Positions 34,701-44,019 of a stretch of 64,000 nt of DNA are shown in pieces; positions within the stretch are counted from its first letter, which is position 1, and every line of letters begins with the position of its first letter. The position numbers were made by a program, and so were the translations under genes. A model generated the notes under the pieces. That model saw only the letters and a list, made by a program, of their open reading frames with translations, did not search any database and had not been told where the DNA came from. This DNA comes from an uncultured Ruminococcus sp. (GTDB taxonomy: Bacteria > Bacillota > Clostridia > Oscillospirales > Ruminococcaceae), in the NCBI RefSeq assembly GCF_902762735.1, contig NZ_CACWPP010000001.1:34613-98612 (forward strand). The letters run 5' to 3'.

Positions 34701-36257
34701 CACAAATGCTCCCAGTGCAGTCTTTATGTCAGACTGACCTTTCAGCATATCATCGGTGATATTTGTCAGGTTTGAGATGAACTCAGTCAGCGGACAGCCG
34801 GGGTCTACCAGCATATCGAATTTATCGACTATCTCCAGCCCTCTCAGCTTGACCGCGCCTATCTCGATTATCTTGTCATCTCTGGGATTAGTGCCTGTGG
34901 TCTCCAGGTCAAAGCAGATGATCTCGTCTGTCAGTTCGCGCTTGTCAACGCCCTTGAATATCCTCGCATCGTTGTTGACCTCGTAAGCCTCACAGCCGTA
35001 GATTATCTTGAACTCCTGCCCTGACTTGCGTATATCGGCACACTTGTTGCCCGCTTCGGGGAAGCCCTGCACCACGCCGTGATCGGTGATCGCCAGCGCC
35101 CTGTGACCCCAGCCTGCCGCCTTAGCCACCAGCTTTTCGGGGGCTGCCAGTGCGTCCATCATCGACATATTGGTATGGCAGTGCAGTTCGACACGCTTTT
35201 CCTCAGCAGTGTCCTTTTCTTTTTCACGCCCGACCAGCATTATATCATCAGCCATAAGGTAGATGTTGTGGTCGAATTCGTCATCCTGCAATTCGCCCCT
35301 TGCCATGATGGTAGCACCCTTTTTCATACAGCCCAGCATCGCTTCCAGACTTTCTCTCGTCAGTCTGACGAACTTGCCCTTTTTGTTTGAGCCTATCAGC
35401 TTCATCGCAACAGAGTTGGTATAGTCGGTAAAGAAGATAGTTGCTATCAGCATGCCTGTCTTGGTCTCTTTGGTATCCACCTGGAAAATATCGCCCCAGA
35501 CAGTCACCTTGTCATTGAAATGCTCCAGCGCCGCCGCTTCCATCGGCAGGTTTGCCATGCTGTGAACACGGCTGTCGCCCATGATAGGACCGCCTTTCAG
35601 CACAGTTGCGCCCTCGCCCAGCAGATGCAGGCTCGTAAAGTCAACATCGACCTTGCGGAACTCTGTCTGCGCAGGTGCGCCGCCCTGCTGTTTTGCCGCC
35701 GCCGATTTCTGCTCATATGCCGCTATATCGGGCTGCGGCAGTGACGCAAAGAACTCCTGCTGAGCCTTTTCATGCTCTTCCATATCGTTGAAAAGCACAC
35801 CGTCAAGTTCAATATCAGCCTTAGTGGAGAAAAGTTCCCACACCAGCCCGCTGAAAGCATTGTTCACGCCTGCTTTTTTCATAAGTTCATAGCCGCCGTG
35901 TTTCAGCGTCACCTTGAACACACTGCCGTCCATGACTACCTCAGCATCATCGAAAAAGCCGTTGACAAACGGAAATCTGCTCTTCATAAACTTGCAGATG
36001 TCTCCGAAATAATCGACCGAAAGCAGGTCGGGCGTAAACTTGGGGCTTAGCTTGAATGTGCTGTTCAGTGCCTTTCTCATGCGTGACTCAAACTGCGCCA
36101 CCGAGTCAAAGCCGACCGTTTTCTGAAAAGCCGCCACACACTCGATACCGGTCAGCCCCTCGTCAAAGATCAGCCGTAATATCTTGCCCTCACCTATATC
36201 AGCAGATATGGCATCTGCAAAATCTTCAAAATATTCACTTATCTTTACCGTTGCCAT
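31764..36257 (-). CDS. polC: DNA polymerase III PolC-type (alpha subunit with 3'-5' exonuclease)
   Basis: 1497 aa. PHP motif ELHCHTNMS, exonuclease insert ICFDLETTG..HNAPFD, Zn module CRKCHY..CPNCG, polymerase core. Confidence 0.95.
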   Translation of the reverse strand: MATVKISEYFEDFADAISADIGEGKILRLIFDEGLTGIECVAAFQKTVGFDSVAQFESRMRKALNSTFKLSPKFTPDLLSVDYFGDICKFMKSRFPFVNGFFDDAEVVMDGSVFKVTLKHGGYELMKKAGVNNAFSGLVWELFSTKADIELDGVLFNDMEEHEKAQQEFFASLPQPDIAAYEQKSAAAKQQGGAPAQTEFRKVDVDFTSLHLLGEGATVLKGGPIMGDSRVHSMANLPMEAAALEHFNDKVTVWGDIFQVDTKETKTGMLIATIFFTDYTNSVAMKLIGSNKKGKFVRLTRESLEAMLGCMKKGATIMARGELQDDEFDHNIYLMADDIMLVGREKEKDTAEEKRVELHCHTNMSMMDALAAPEKLVAKAAGWGHRALAITDHGVVQGFPEAGNKCADIRKSGQEFKIIYGCEAYEVNNDARIFKGVDKRELTDEIICFDLETTGTNPRDDKIIEIGAVKLRGLEIVDKFDMLVDPGCPLTEFISNLTNITDDMLKGQSDIKTALGAFVEFCGEKPCLVAHNAPFDTGFIKHACEREGIKFEFSSIDTVPMSQLMLPQLEKHKLNFVAEHFGYGDFQHHRGCDDAEVLGKIFIELAKMLMEQFPLVLITVDMLNGLLGETDRVTEAKDVYHQIILVRNNIGLKNLYKLISYSNLKYFKRRPRIPKSELTKLREGLILGSACERGEVIQAYLEGKSYDEIKQIASFYDYLEIQPDGNNMFMLTAEKPPYDRIRTEEDVKDINRFIVRLGNDLGIPVCATGDVHFLNREDAKFRAIIQASMGFTDCDNQAPLYLKSTTQMLDELAYLGKEKAYEVVVTNTNNVADMIDPDLKAFPVGTYTPFIEGAVYELQIICWRKACELYGDCDPMSIEVPEGEDVDVSAYFEEHVHPLVFKRLKRELDSIIKHGFSVLYMISQKLVAYSNQCGYQVGSRGSVGSSFVASMSGISEVNPLEPHYICRKCHYSEFFENGEYGSGFDLPPKDCPNCGIPMHRDGHKIPFETFLGFDGDKAPDIDLNFSGDCQSKVHKYTEELFGEDHVFKAGTIGKVADKTAYGYVKKYLDERGKTACPAEIQRLVNGCVDVKRTTSQHPGGMVVIPGDYEVYDFTPVQHPADKADSDMVTTHFDFHSLHDTILKLDELGHDVPTMYKYLEDFTHMDINECPMSDPAVYSLFTSPKSLGVEPEDIRCETGTLGIPEMGTPFVRGMLLESKPKNFSDLLQISGLSHGTDVWLGNAQELIKNGTCDISNVIGTRDSIMVYLLEHHLEPKLAFKIMEITRKGKAPKLLTEEMKQDMRAHDVPEWYIDSCLKIKYMFPKAHAAAYVTAAIRLCWFKVHEPLAFYATYFTVRGEDFDAETTLKGIYMVRDKIDKLSNMSKDERSGKDSGVLDMLMLTNEMMSRGYEFLPIDINKSHAFIYQIEDGKIRLPFCAINGVGVNAAIAIYEKAQKNDFISIEEFQSDSGVTKAVVEALENIGAFGDLPKSSQISLFNF

Positions 36258-36274
36258 TGACCTACCGTCCTATC

Positions 36275-37312
36275 TTATAGCTTTTCTATCTCATCCATCA
36301 GTGCTTTCAGCGCCTTGTCCTCAGAAACCGTATACAGTTTTTTGCCGTGAGCGAATATAACAGCCTGTCCGACACCTCCCGCGATGCCTATATCAGCCTC
36401 GCCCGACTCACCGATACCGTTGACTACACAGCCCATGACCGCGACCTTAATATCCTTATCAACATTCTTTGTCATTTCCTCCACCTGCTTTGCCAGACCT
36501 ATCAGGTCTATGCGCGTCCTGCCGCAGGTAGGACATGAAACTATCTGCACGCCGCTCCCTCTGCCAATGGCTTTGAGTATATCCTTTGCGGCGTATATCT
36601 CCTTTTCGGGATCGTCTGTCAGCGAAACTCTTATGGTTTCGCCTATTCCGTCAATCAGCAGTGAACCTATCCCCACCGCCGACTTTATTATGCCCATGCG
36701 CTCGGTACCCGCCTCTGTAACGCCAAGATGAAGCGGATAATCGCACATCTTCGACAGTTTGCGGTAAGCCTCTACCATTATATTCACATCAGATGATTTT
36801 ATCGAAATGACTATCTCATTGAAGTCGCACTGTTCCAGTATCCTGACATGCCCCATCGCACTCTCGACCAGCGCATCTGCACAGGGCTTGCCGTATTTTG
36901 CCAGCAGTTCCTTTTCCAGCGAACCGCCGTTCACGCCTATCCTTATCGGTATGCCTTTTTCGGTACACTTTTTGACAACAGCTTTCACCCTGTCCATATC
37001 ACCGATATTTCCGGGATTTATGCGTATCTTGTCTATGCCTGCATCAGCCGCCGCCAGTGCCAGCTTGTAGTCAAAATGTATGTCCGCCACCAGCGGTATG
37101 CTTATCTTCTCCTTTATCGCAGGGATAAGCGCCACAGCCTCCATATTCGGTATGGCGGCGCGGACTATCTCACAGCCCGCCTTTTCAAGCCTTACCGCCT
37201 GTTCTACCGAACCCTCGATGTCGGTAGACGGCACGTTCAGCATCGACTGGATATATATATGCTTTCCGTCAAGCGTCGATCCGCCGACCTTAACGGGTCT
37301 GACATTTCTCAT
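36275..37312 (-). CDS. ispG: 4-hydroxy-3-methylbut-2-enyl-diphosphate synthase
   Basis: 345 aa. VKVGG..IQSMLNV.. and C-terminal 4Fe-4S ligand context SCPTCGRT..MGCVVNG. Confidence 0.95.
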   Translation of the reverse strand: MRNVRPVKVGGSTLDGKHIYIQSMLNVPSTDIEGSVEQAVRLEKAGCEIVRAAIPNMEAVALIPAIKEKISIPLVADIHFDYKLALAAADAGIDKIRINPGNIGDMDRVKAVVKKCTEKGIPIRIGVNGGSLEKELLAKYGKPCADALVESAMGHVRILEQCDFNEIVISIKSSDVNIMVEAYRKLSKMCDYPLHLGVTEAGTERMGIIKSAVGIGSLLIDGIGETIRVSLTDDPEKEIYAAKDILKAIGRGSGVQIVSCPTCGRTRIDLIGLAKQVEEMTKNVDKDIKVAVMGCVVNGIGESGEADIGIAGGVGQAVIFAHGKKLYTVSEDKALKALMDEIEKL

Positions 37313-37325
37313 TTTAAGCTCTCCT

Positions 37326-38261
37326 TTATCTCAGAAGTTTTTCCAGCAGTTCATCGACCTTTTCCTTTTCGCGCAGACTGTTCAGCCATCTTTCGGGTAT
37401 TCTGTCCACACCGTAGACTATTCCCGCCAGACCGCCCGCGACACAGGCAGTGGTATCAGTGTCATCACCCAGCGCCACCGCGCCTTTAACGACCTCTTCA
37501 TAGCTTTTGGAATTTCTCATAAGCATCACCGCGCCCCGCAGTGTGTCCACTACAAATCCGCCGCCCCTGCCGACCCATATATCCTTTTCATCGGGTCTCA
37601 GCGAAAACTCAAATTCGTCCGCATATTTCGGCTTATCTGCATATATGCGCCTTAAACGCGCCACCGCATCGGTCAGCGCCGTATCAATATCAGCGCCGCC
37701 CAGCAGACTTCTCGCCATAAGCACATAAAGTGCGCAGCACACCTGATTTGTGATGTTCCCGTGTGTGATAAGGCACTGTCTGTGCGCATCTTCTACCAGC
37801 TGTTCGTCACTGCCCTCATGCCAAAGCGCCAGCGGAAGTACTCTCATAAGTGCGCCGTTTCCCTTGCCTTCGGGTCTGACAAAGCCTGCCTTTTCAGCTT
37901 TTACGCCGCCCCTGTAAGCATTGAGCGCCATGCTTGTCTGTATGCCCACATCAAAGACTTTTCCGCCCACAGCCCAGAGACCCTTATCATACCACGCCAG
38001 CACCCTGTCAGAAAAATCGTCAAGGTCGAACTTTCCCTTTTCTGCCAGACTGTCCAGCAGGCAAAGCGCCTGTGCGCCGTCATCGGACCACGTTGCGGGC
38101 GCAACGCTAAAATGTGCCCGCATGAAACCGTCGGGCGGTGTCATCTCTATCTTTTCATAAGGCGGTATATCCTCTGCTTTATGGAACTCGTAGGGCACGC
38201 CCAGCGCGTCCCCCACCAGCATGCCGAAGATGCCGCCTTTTACCATGTTTACGTCTTTCAT
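37326..38261 (-). CDS. ADP-ribosylglycohydrolase (DraG/ARH family)
   Basis: GMLVGDALGVPYEF near the N-terminus and GDDTDTTACVAGGLAGIVYG near the C-terminus, the two metal-binding motifs of the family. Confidence 0.85.
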   Translation of the reverse strand: MKDVNMVKGGIFGMLVGDALGVPYEFHKAEDIPPYEKIEMTPPDGFMRAHFSVAPATWSDDGAQALCLLDSLAEKGKFDLDDFSDRVLAWYDKGLWAVGGKVFDVGIQTSMALNAYRGGVKAEKAGFVRPEGKGNGALMRVLPLALWHEGSDEQLVEDAHRQCLITHGNITNQVCCALYVLMARSLLGGADIDTALTDAVARLRRIYADKPKYADEFEFSLRPDEKDIWVGRGGGFVVDTLRGAVMLMRNSKSYEEVVKGAVALGDDTDTTACVAGGLAGIVYGVDRIPERWLNSLREKEKVDELLEKLLR

Positions 38262-38264
38262 GCC

Positions 38265-39320
38265 TTATACCAGCTTTGTTATATCACTTACCGTCACCAC
38301 TACCATCATAAGCAGCAGCGCAGCCATTCCGATAGTGTGTACCAAGCCCTCTCTCTCAGGGGGAACGGGCTTTCTGCGTACAGCTTCTATCAGCAGGAAG
38401 ATAAATCTTCCGCCGTCAAGTGCAGGCAGAGGAAGCAGGTTGAACACGCCGACATTTATCGTGATGAACGAGGAAAGAGACAGCACCGAGTCGATAAGAC
38501 CTTTCCAGTTTATCTTGCCTGTTTCCTGATCGCGCTCGCTGTCTATCACATCGCCTATCGAGTCAACTATGCCCACAGGACCGCTCATATCCTTCAGCGA
38601 ATACTTGCCTGTTATCATATCAGCCAGCGAGATATAGATAAGTCTTGCATCGGTAGCAGTCTGCCTGAAAGCCTGCGTTATGATGCTTTTTGGTGTTATT
38701 TCTCCCGGTTCTACCCAGAAATCATAGTGTACGACTTCCTTGCCGTCCTCACCGACAGATGTTGACAGCTTAACATTTTTCAGGCTGACCTGCTCGCCGT
38801 TCCGCACCACCACCATATCGTAAACGCCGTCCTCATCGTTGGTGAATTTGTATGACATATCCATCGAAGTGAATATCCTCATGCCGTTGATGGCGATTAT
38901 CTTATCGCCCACCTCAAGACCCGTTTCGTGGCTGACAGCGCCATCTTCAAAATTTGCTACCGTTGTGGTGACTATGGCATCGCTCATGCCCGTCTGCACC
39001 ACCAGAAGCACCAGACCAAGTATCATGTTCATGCACACGCCTGCAACAACGATTATCATTCGCCGCCACACTGCCTTATTGCCGAAAGCCCTGCCGTCTG
39101 AACTGTTTTTGTCCTCGCCCTCCATAGCGCAGTAGCCGCCTATCGGGAAAGCCCTCAGCGCATACAGCGTTTCGCCCCTCTGCTTTTTCAGCAGTGCGGG
39201 ACCCATGCCTATCGCAAATTCGTTGACCTTTACGCCATTCAGCTTAGCGGCGATAAAGTGTCCGAATTCATGGATAGTTATTATCAGACTGAAAATTACG
39301 ATCGCTATGATTATACTCAT
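38265..39320 (-). CDS. rseP: RIP metalloprotease RseP (M50 site-2 protease)
   Basis: HEFGHF zinc motif in the first TM, a PDZ domain, and C-terminal NLLPLPALDGG. Confidence 0.9.
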   Translation of the reverse strand: MSIIIAIVIFSLIITIHEFGHFIAAKLNGVKVNEFAIGMGPALLKKQRGETLYALRAFPIGGYCAMEGEDKNSSDGRAFGNKAVWRRMIIVVAGVCMNMILGLVLLVVQTGMSDAIVTTTVANFEDGAVSHETGLEVGDKIIAINGMRIFTSMDMSYKFTNDEDGVYDMVVVRNGEQVSLKNVKLSTSVGEDGKEVVHYDFWVEPGEITPKSIITQAFRQTATDARLIYISLADMITGKYSLKDMSGPVGIVDSIGDVIDSERDQETGKINWKGLIDSVLSLSSFITINVGVFNLLPLPALDGGRFIFLLIEAVRRKPVPPEREGLVHTIGMAALLLMMVVVTVSDITKLV

Positions 39321-40474
39321 TGATACTGCCCTTCTTCTATTCGTTTCGCAACATATTCCCTTGCCGCCCTGTCAGCCGCAAGAATGTCATCGACATTATG
39401 TATCTCTTTATTTTCGGTATTTTCCAGCACCTCAGTCACCAGCTCACCTATCGCGAGGAAGCTGATCTTCCCTGCCAGAAAAGCCGCCACAGCCTGTTCA
39501 TTCGCGCCGTTGACCGCCGCAGGGAGTATCCCGCCCGCAGTCACCGCCTTTATGCAGGCGGTCAGGCACTTGAAAGTGTCGTAGTCGGGCTTTGCGAAAG
39601 TCAATCTGCCGTAGTCTGTCAGTGAAAGGTGCTTTACATCGCAGTGTACCCTGTTGGGGTAAAGCAGTGCGTACTGTATGGGTATCTTCATATCGGGCAC
39701 GCCCAGCTGTGCTATCACTGAATTGTCCTCATACTCCACCGCTGAATGTATCACACTTTCGCGGTGTACGACTATCTCTATCTGTTCGGGTCTGAGGTCA
39801 AAAAGCCACATGGCTTCGATAAATTCAAGACCCTTGTTCATAAGCGTAGCGGAGTCTATGGTTATCTTGCTGCCCATCGACCAGTTGGGGTGGTTCAGCG
39901 CCTGTTCGACTGTTACGCCGTGCAGTTCTTCGGTGGTCTTTCCGTAGAAAGGTCCGCCCGAAGCCGTCAGTATTATCCCTTTGACACGATTCATGCTGTT
40001 GCCCTGCCGCGACTGGAATATAGCCGAATGTTCGCTGTCAACGGGGTATATCATAACGCCCTTTTCCTTAGCCGCATTTATGACCAGCTTGCCGCCTGCC
40101 ACCAGCGTTTCCTTGTTTGCAATGGCGATGTCTGTGCCATGTTCGATGGCTGTCAGCGTAGGCACAAGCCCCACCATGCCGACCACCGAGTTAAGCATTA
40201 TGTCAACACCGTCAAGCTGTGCGATAGCTTTCAGCCCCTCCATGCCCGTCAGCAGAGCGACACCCCTGCCTGCCAGCAGTTTCTCCAGTTCACCCAGTTT
40301 TTTCTCGTCATAAATGCAGGCATACTCAGCCCCGAATTCTATGACCTGTTCAGCCAGCATCTTCACATTAGAGTGCGCCGCCAGCGCCTTTACCTTAATT
40401 TTATGCTCACGGCAGACCTCCAATGCCTGTGTGCCGATGGAGCCTGTCGAGCCTAAAATAGTGATAGTTTTCAT
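39317..40474 (-). CDS. dxr: 1-deoxy-D-xylulose-5-phosphate reductoisomerase
   Basis: ORF 39317..40492; start moved to ATG 40474. ILGSTGSIGTQAL.., ..PVDSEHSAIFQ.., ..NKGLE.. Confidence 0.95.
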   Translation of the reverse strand: MKTITILGSTGSIGTQALEVCREHKIKVKALAAHSNVKMLAEQVIEFGAEYACIYDEKKLGELEKLLAGRGVALLTGMEGLKAIAQLDGVDIMLNSVVGMVGLVPTLTAIEHGTDIAIANKETLVAGGKLVINAAKEKGVMIYPVDSEHSAIFQSRQGNSMNRVKGIILTASGGPFYGKTTEELHGVTVEQALNHPNWSMGSKITIDSATLMNKGLEFIEAMWLFDLRPEQIEIVVHRESVIHSAVEYEDNSVIAQLGVPDMKIPIQYALLYPNRVHCDVKHLSLTDYGRLTFAKPDYDTFKCLTACIKAVTAGGILPAAVNGANEQAVAAFLAGKISFLAIGELVTEVLENTENKEIHNVDDILAADRAAREYVAKRIEEGQYQ

Positions 40475-40542
40475 AAAAACAACCTCTGTCAAAAACGTTC
40501 AAAAGGGGTAAGCCCGTTTGCAGACCTGCCCCTCGAAAATAT

Positions 40543-41427
40543 TTATGCAATAAGCAGTCCCTGTGACGCGAGATAGCAGATGAACGGCACAACAAGCAGT
40601 GCGCTGTCAAATCTGTCCATAACGCCGCCGTGACCCGGCATTATCTTGCCGTAATCCTTGATGCCTGTCTGACGCTTTACCATAGAAGCAGTCAGGTCGC
40701 CCACCAGACCGATGAGCGCAGCCGCCATTCCCGCAAGGAAAACCAAGATATAACGCACGCTGAACCCCTTGTTCACCACATCGAACACGATGCTGGTAAT
40801 AACAAGTATCAGACCGTTGGTTATAACGCCGCCCACCAGACCTTCCAGCGTCTTGTTGGGGCTTATCTCAGGCCAGGGGTGATGCACCTCTCTGCCTGTC
40901 TTATTGAAGAAAGTGCCCACAAAGTAAGCACCGCTGTCTGCCAGCCATGCCGCCGCCAGCGAAATGACTATCAGGTAGACCTGTGCCCTGCCCTGCGAAT
41001 TCGCTTCAACATTTGCGACCAGCGAGTTGTCCTGCGCCAGCTTTATCAGCGTACCGAACGAGTAGCTTATCAGCACAGTAACACCTGTCATGCCGAAGAA
41101 ATCCTTGAAACTGTATTTTTTATGATCCCTGAGATACAGTATGCACATGACCAGCATAAAAATACCCAGATAGAAACGATAACTAAAAAAATACAGTGTG
41201 TTGAGCCTGAACATGAAGTAGGGCATAACAGCATCAAAAGCGGCAAATGCAAGGCACGCTGCCGTCTGATGCCTGAATTTGTCGTAACCCACTGCCTTGA
41301 AAAGTTCCATGACAGCGATCACCGACAATGCGCCCACCGCCAGATTCATCAGCGGTGTCGCATGAAGTGCCACAAGGACGATGGCTATGACCAGCGCCAC
41401 TGCGGCGGAAATTATTCGGGTAGACAT
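40543..41427 (-). CDS. cdsA: Phosphatidate cytidylyltransferase
   Basis: Signature SMVKRQTGIKDYGKIMPGHGGVMDRFDS. Multi-TM. Confidence 0.9.
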   Translation of the reverse strand: MSTRIISAAVALVIAIVLVALHATPLMNLAVGALSVIAVMELFKAVGYDKFRHQTAACLAFAAFDAVMPYFMFRLNTLYFFSYRFYLGIFMLVMCILYLRDHKKYSFKDFFGMTGVTVLISYSFGTLIKLAQDNSLVANVEANSQGRAQVYLIVISLAAAWLADSGAYFVGTFFNKTGREVHHPWPEISPNKTLEGLVGGVITNGLILVITSIVFDVVNKGFSVRYILVFLAGMAAALIGLVGDLTASMVKRQTGIKDYGKIMPGHGGVMDRFDSALLVVPFICYLASQGLLIA

Positions 41428-41430
41428 TCC

Positions 41431-42159
41431 TTAAATTCCTCCGAATCTTCTGTTTCTTTCACAAAAATCCAGTATCGCCCTGTCAAAATCAGCATTTTTG
41501 AAATCGGGCCAGAGAATGTTTGTGTAGTAAAATTCAGCATAAGCCGCCTGCCATATCATAAAGTTTGACAGCCTCTGCTCGCCGCTGGGTCTTATCACCA
41601 GATCAAGGGGCGGTATCTCTTCGGTATAGAGGTTTCTCTCTATCATATCCTCAGTGATGTCCTGCGGGTCGAGTTCACCCCGCTTGACCCTCTCTGCCAG
41701 CGTCTTTACGCTGTGGCAGATCTCATCGCGCCCGCCGTAGTTGATGGCAAGCACCAGCGTCATCGCATCAAAGTCCTTCGAGGTCTCCTCTGTATCCAGC
41801 ATCTTCGCCTGTAAAGAGGGTCTTAGCACAGACCTATCCCCGATGAAACGTATGCGTATATTTTCTTCGATAAAGTCCTTTACCTCGTCAAGGTACTTCT
41901 CAAAGAGATCCATTATCGCGTCAACTTCGTCTTTGGGTCTTTTCCAGTTTTCGGTAGAGAACGCATAGTAAGTGATATAGTCAACGCCCACCGCCTTAGC
42001 GTGTCTTGTTATCGCACGGAAGGTCTTTGCACCCTCGCGGTGTCCGAACTTTCTCGGCAGACCGCGTTTTTTCGCCCATCTGCCGTTTCCGTCCATGATA
42101 ACGCCCACATGTGCGGGCGGTATGATATTTTCGCCTAAACAGCTAATCTTCCTTGCCAT
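41431..42159 (-). CDS. uppS: Undecaprenyl-diphosphate synthase
   Basis: HVGVIMDGNGRWA.., ..YAFSTENWKRP.., ..RLSNFMIWQAAYAEF.. Confidence 0.95.
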   Translation of the reverse strand: MARKISCLGENIIPPAHVGVIMDGNGRWAKKRGLPRKFGHREGAKTFRAITRHAKAVGVDYITYYAFSTENWKRPKDEVDAIMDLFEKYLDEVKDFIEENIRIRFIGDRSVLRPSLQAKMLDTEETSKDFDAMTLVLAINYGGRDEICHSVKTLAERVKRGELDPQDITEDMIERNLYTEEIPPLDLVIRPSGEQRLSNFMIWQAAYAEFYYTNILWPDFKNADFDRAILDFCERNRRFGGI

Positions 42160-42167
42160 CAGTCACC

Positions 42168-42722
42168 TTAGATAGAGAGTATCTCTTTTTCCTTCTCGGC
42201 TACGTGAGCGTCGATCTCCTTAACGAACTTGTCGGTCAGCTTCTGGATAGCTTCCTCACCGTCCTTCTGCTCGTCCTCAGTGATCTCGTTGTTCTTCTTC
42301 TTAGCCTTTATCTTCTCGATAGCGTCACGTCTTATGGAACGTACTGCCACCTTGCAGTCCTCGCCGCCCTTTTTAACGTCCTTTACTATCTCCTTACGTC
42401 TGTCCTCAGTCAGCTGAGGGAAGATCAGTCTGATAGTCTGACCGTCGTTCTGGGGATTGATGCCGATGTCGGAAGCCTGTATAGCCTTCTCAATGGACTT
42501 GAGCGTGCTTTTATCCCAAGGAGTTATAACGAGTATCCTCGCCTCAGCAACGGATATAGCTGCCATCTGGTTGACAGGGGTAGGCGCGCCGTAGTACTCT
42601 ACCTTGACCTTGTCGAGAACAGCGGGATTAGCCCTGCCCGCTCTTATAGCCGCAAAATCGGAAAGCATAACGTTTACCGACTTTTCCATTTTTTCCTTAG
42701 CCTTGTTTTTTATTTCATTCAT
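42168..42722 (-). CDS. frr: Ribosome recycling factor
   Basis: 184 aa. ..FAAIRAGRANPAVLDKVKVEYYG.. ..LTEDRRKEIVK.. Confidence 0.95.
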   Translation of the reverse strand: MNEIKNKAKEKMEKSVNVMLSDFAAIRAGRANPAVLDKVKVEYYGAPTPVNQMAAISVAEARILVITPWDKSTLKSIEKAIQASDIGINPQNDGQTIRLIFPQLTEDRRKEIVKDVKKGGEDCKVAVRSIRRDAIEKIKAKKKNNEITEDEQKDGEEAIQKLTDKFVKEIDAHVAEKEKEILSI

Positions 42723-42743
42723 GATCTGTATTCCTTTCGTGAT

Positions 42744-43454
42744 TTATTCAGCTGATACCAGTGTGCCCACATTTTCGCCCATGCAGGCATCATAGATGTT
42801 GTCGGGTCTTGCCAGATCGAACACCAGCACGGGGATATTATTGTCCTTGCAAAGTGCCGCCGCAGTTGAATCCATTACCTGCAAGCCCTTTTCAAGCACT
42901 TCGTTGAATGTCAGTGAATCGTACTTGACAGCATCAGAGTACTTATGGGGATCCTTGTCATAAACGCCGTCTACCATAGTTGCTTTGAAGAAAATATCAG
43001 CTTCTATCTCAGCAGCCCTCAGTGCAGCAGCAGTGTCGGTGGAGAAGAAGGGGTTGCCCGTGCCGCAGCCGAAGATGCACACTCTGCCCTTTTCAAAATG
43101 GCGCATAGCCTTGTTCCTGATATAAGGTTCAGCCACCTGCGGCATCGAGATAGCAGTCTGCACTCTTACTTCCATTCCGCAGTTTTCAAGACCGTCAGCC
43201 ACAGCCAGTGCGTTCATGGCAGTTGCCAGCATACCGATGTGATCTGCTCTTGTCCTGTCCATAGCGCCGCTGGAACGGCCTCTCCAGAAATTGCCGCCGC
43301 CGACAACTATGCCGACCTCGACACCTGCGTCAACTACTTTCTTTATGCTCTTGCCGAAAGTGTTGATTATGTCATAATCAAGACCGATCTTCTTGTCTCC
43401 CGCCAGAGCTTCACCGCTCAGTTTCAGGAGGATACGCTTATATTTAGCACCCAT
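42744..43454 (-). CDS. pyrH: UMP kinase
   Basis: [13 protein letters not shown].. ..[11 protein letters not shown].. ..[17 protein letters not shown].. Confidence 0.95.
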   Translation of the reverse strand: MGAKYKRILLKLSGEALAGDKKIGLDYDIINTFGKSIKKVVDAGVEVGIVVGGGNFWRGRSSGAMDRTRADHIGMLATAMNALAVADGLENCGMEVRVQTAISMPQVAEPYIRNKAMRHFEKGRVCIFGCGTGNPFFSTDTAAALRAAEIEADIFFKATMVDGVYDKDPHKYSDAVKYDSLTFNEVLEKGLQVMDSTAAALCKDNNIPVLVFDLARPDNIYDACMGENVGTLVSAE

Positions 43455-43510
43455 AGATTACACTCCTTTAACATATTTTTGCACATTTGCGTAAAATTAC
43501 TAACACTAAA

Positions 43511-43539
43511 ATTATACTATATTTTTCGTCTCTTGTAAA
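43511..43539 (-). promoter_or_regulatory. Sigma-A-type promoter of the pyrH...polC cluster
   Basis: Minus strand TTTACA (43534-43539), 17 nt, TATAAT (43511-43516). Confidence 0.6.
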
Positions 43540-43561
43540 GGGGTTTGATGTAAATTCTCTG

Positions 43562-43594
43562 AAAAAAACTGCGGAGCGCAAAAAACTCCGCAGT
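43562..43594 (-). terminator. Rho-independent terminator after yjbQ
   Basis: ctgcggag / ctccgcag stem. On the minus strand it is followed by a 7-T run. Confidence 0.75.
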
Positions 43595-43611
43595 AAATGG
43601 TAAAATATGTA

Positions 43612-44010
43612 TCAGCCCTTGATTATCTTGACATAGAACGTCCTCAGGCGCGGACCGTCGAACTCGGCAAAGTATATGCCCTGCCATGTTCCCAGCAGAA
43701 GGCTGCCGTCCTCGATGATGACAGTCTCGGAAGCGCCCACACAGCTTGATCTCAGGTGTGCCGCAGAGTTCCCTTCCACATGCCTGAACTGCGGTCTGTC
43801 GGGGTAGGTCTTGTCCAGCGCGAACAGCAGGTCGGTCTGCACATCGGGATCGGCATTCTCGTTAATAGTTATCGCCGCAGTGGTGTGCGGGCAGAAAACC
43901 ACAGCTATACCGCTTTCCACCCCCGATTCGTTGAGTGTCTGGCGCACATAGCTGGTAATATTATACAGTCCTGTTTCATCTGTCTTGATATTATACTTTC
44001 TCAGCATCAC
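43612..44010 (-). CDS. YjbQ/UPF0047 family protein (secondary thiamine-phosphate synthase type)
   Basis: 132 aa. ..VFCPHTTAAITINENADPDVQTDL.. ..GNSAAHLRSS.. ..GTWQGIYFAEFDGPR.. Confidence 0.85.
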   Translation of the reverse strand: MMLRKYNIKTDETGLYNITSYVRQTLNESGVESGIAVVFCPHTTAAITINENADPDVQTDLLFALDKTYPDRPQFRHVEGNSAAHLRSSCVGASETVIIEDGSLLLGTWQGIYFAEFDGPRLRTFYVKIIKG

Positions 44011-44019
44011 GCACCCCCG

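Noticed and set aside
40475-40542. Short GC hairpin (agggg...cccct) in the cdsA-dxr spacer as an internal terminator
   Set aside because: It has only a 4-5 bp stem with a 20-nt loop and a weak T tract. That is insufficient to call.
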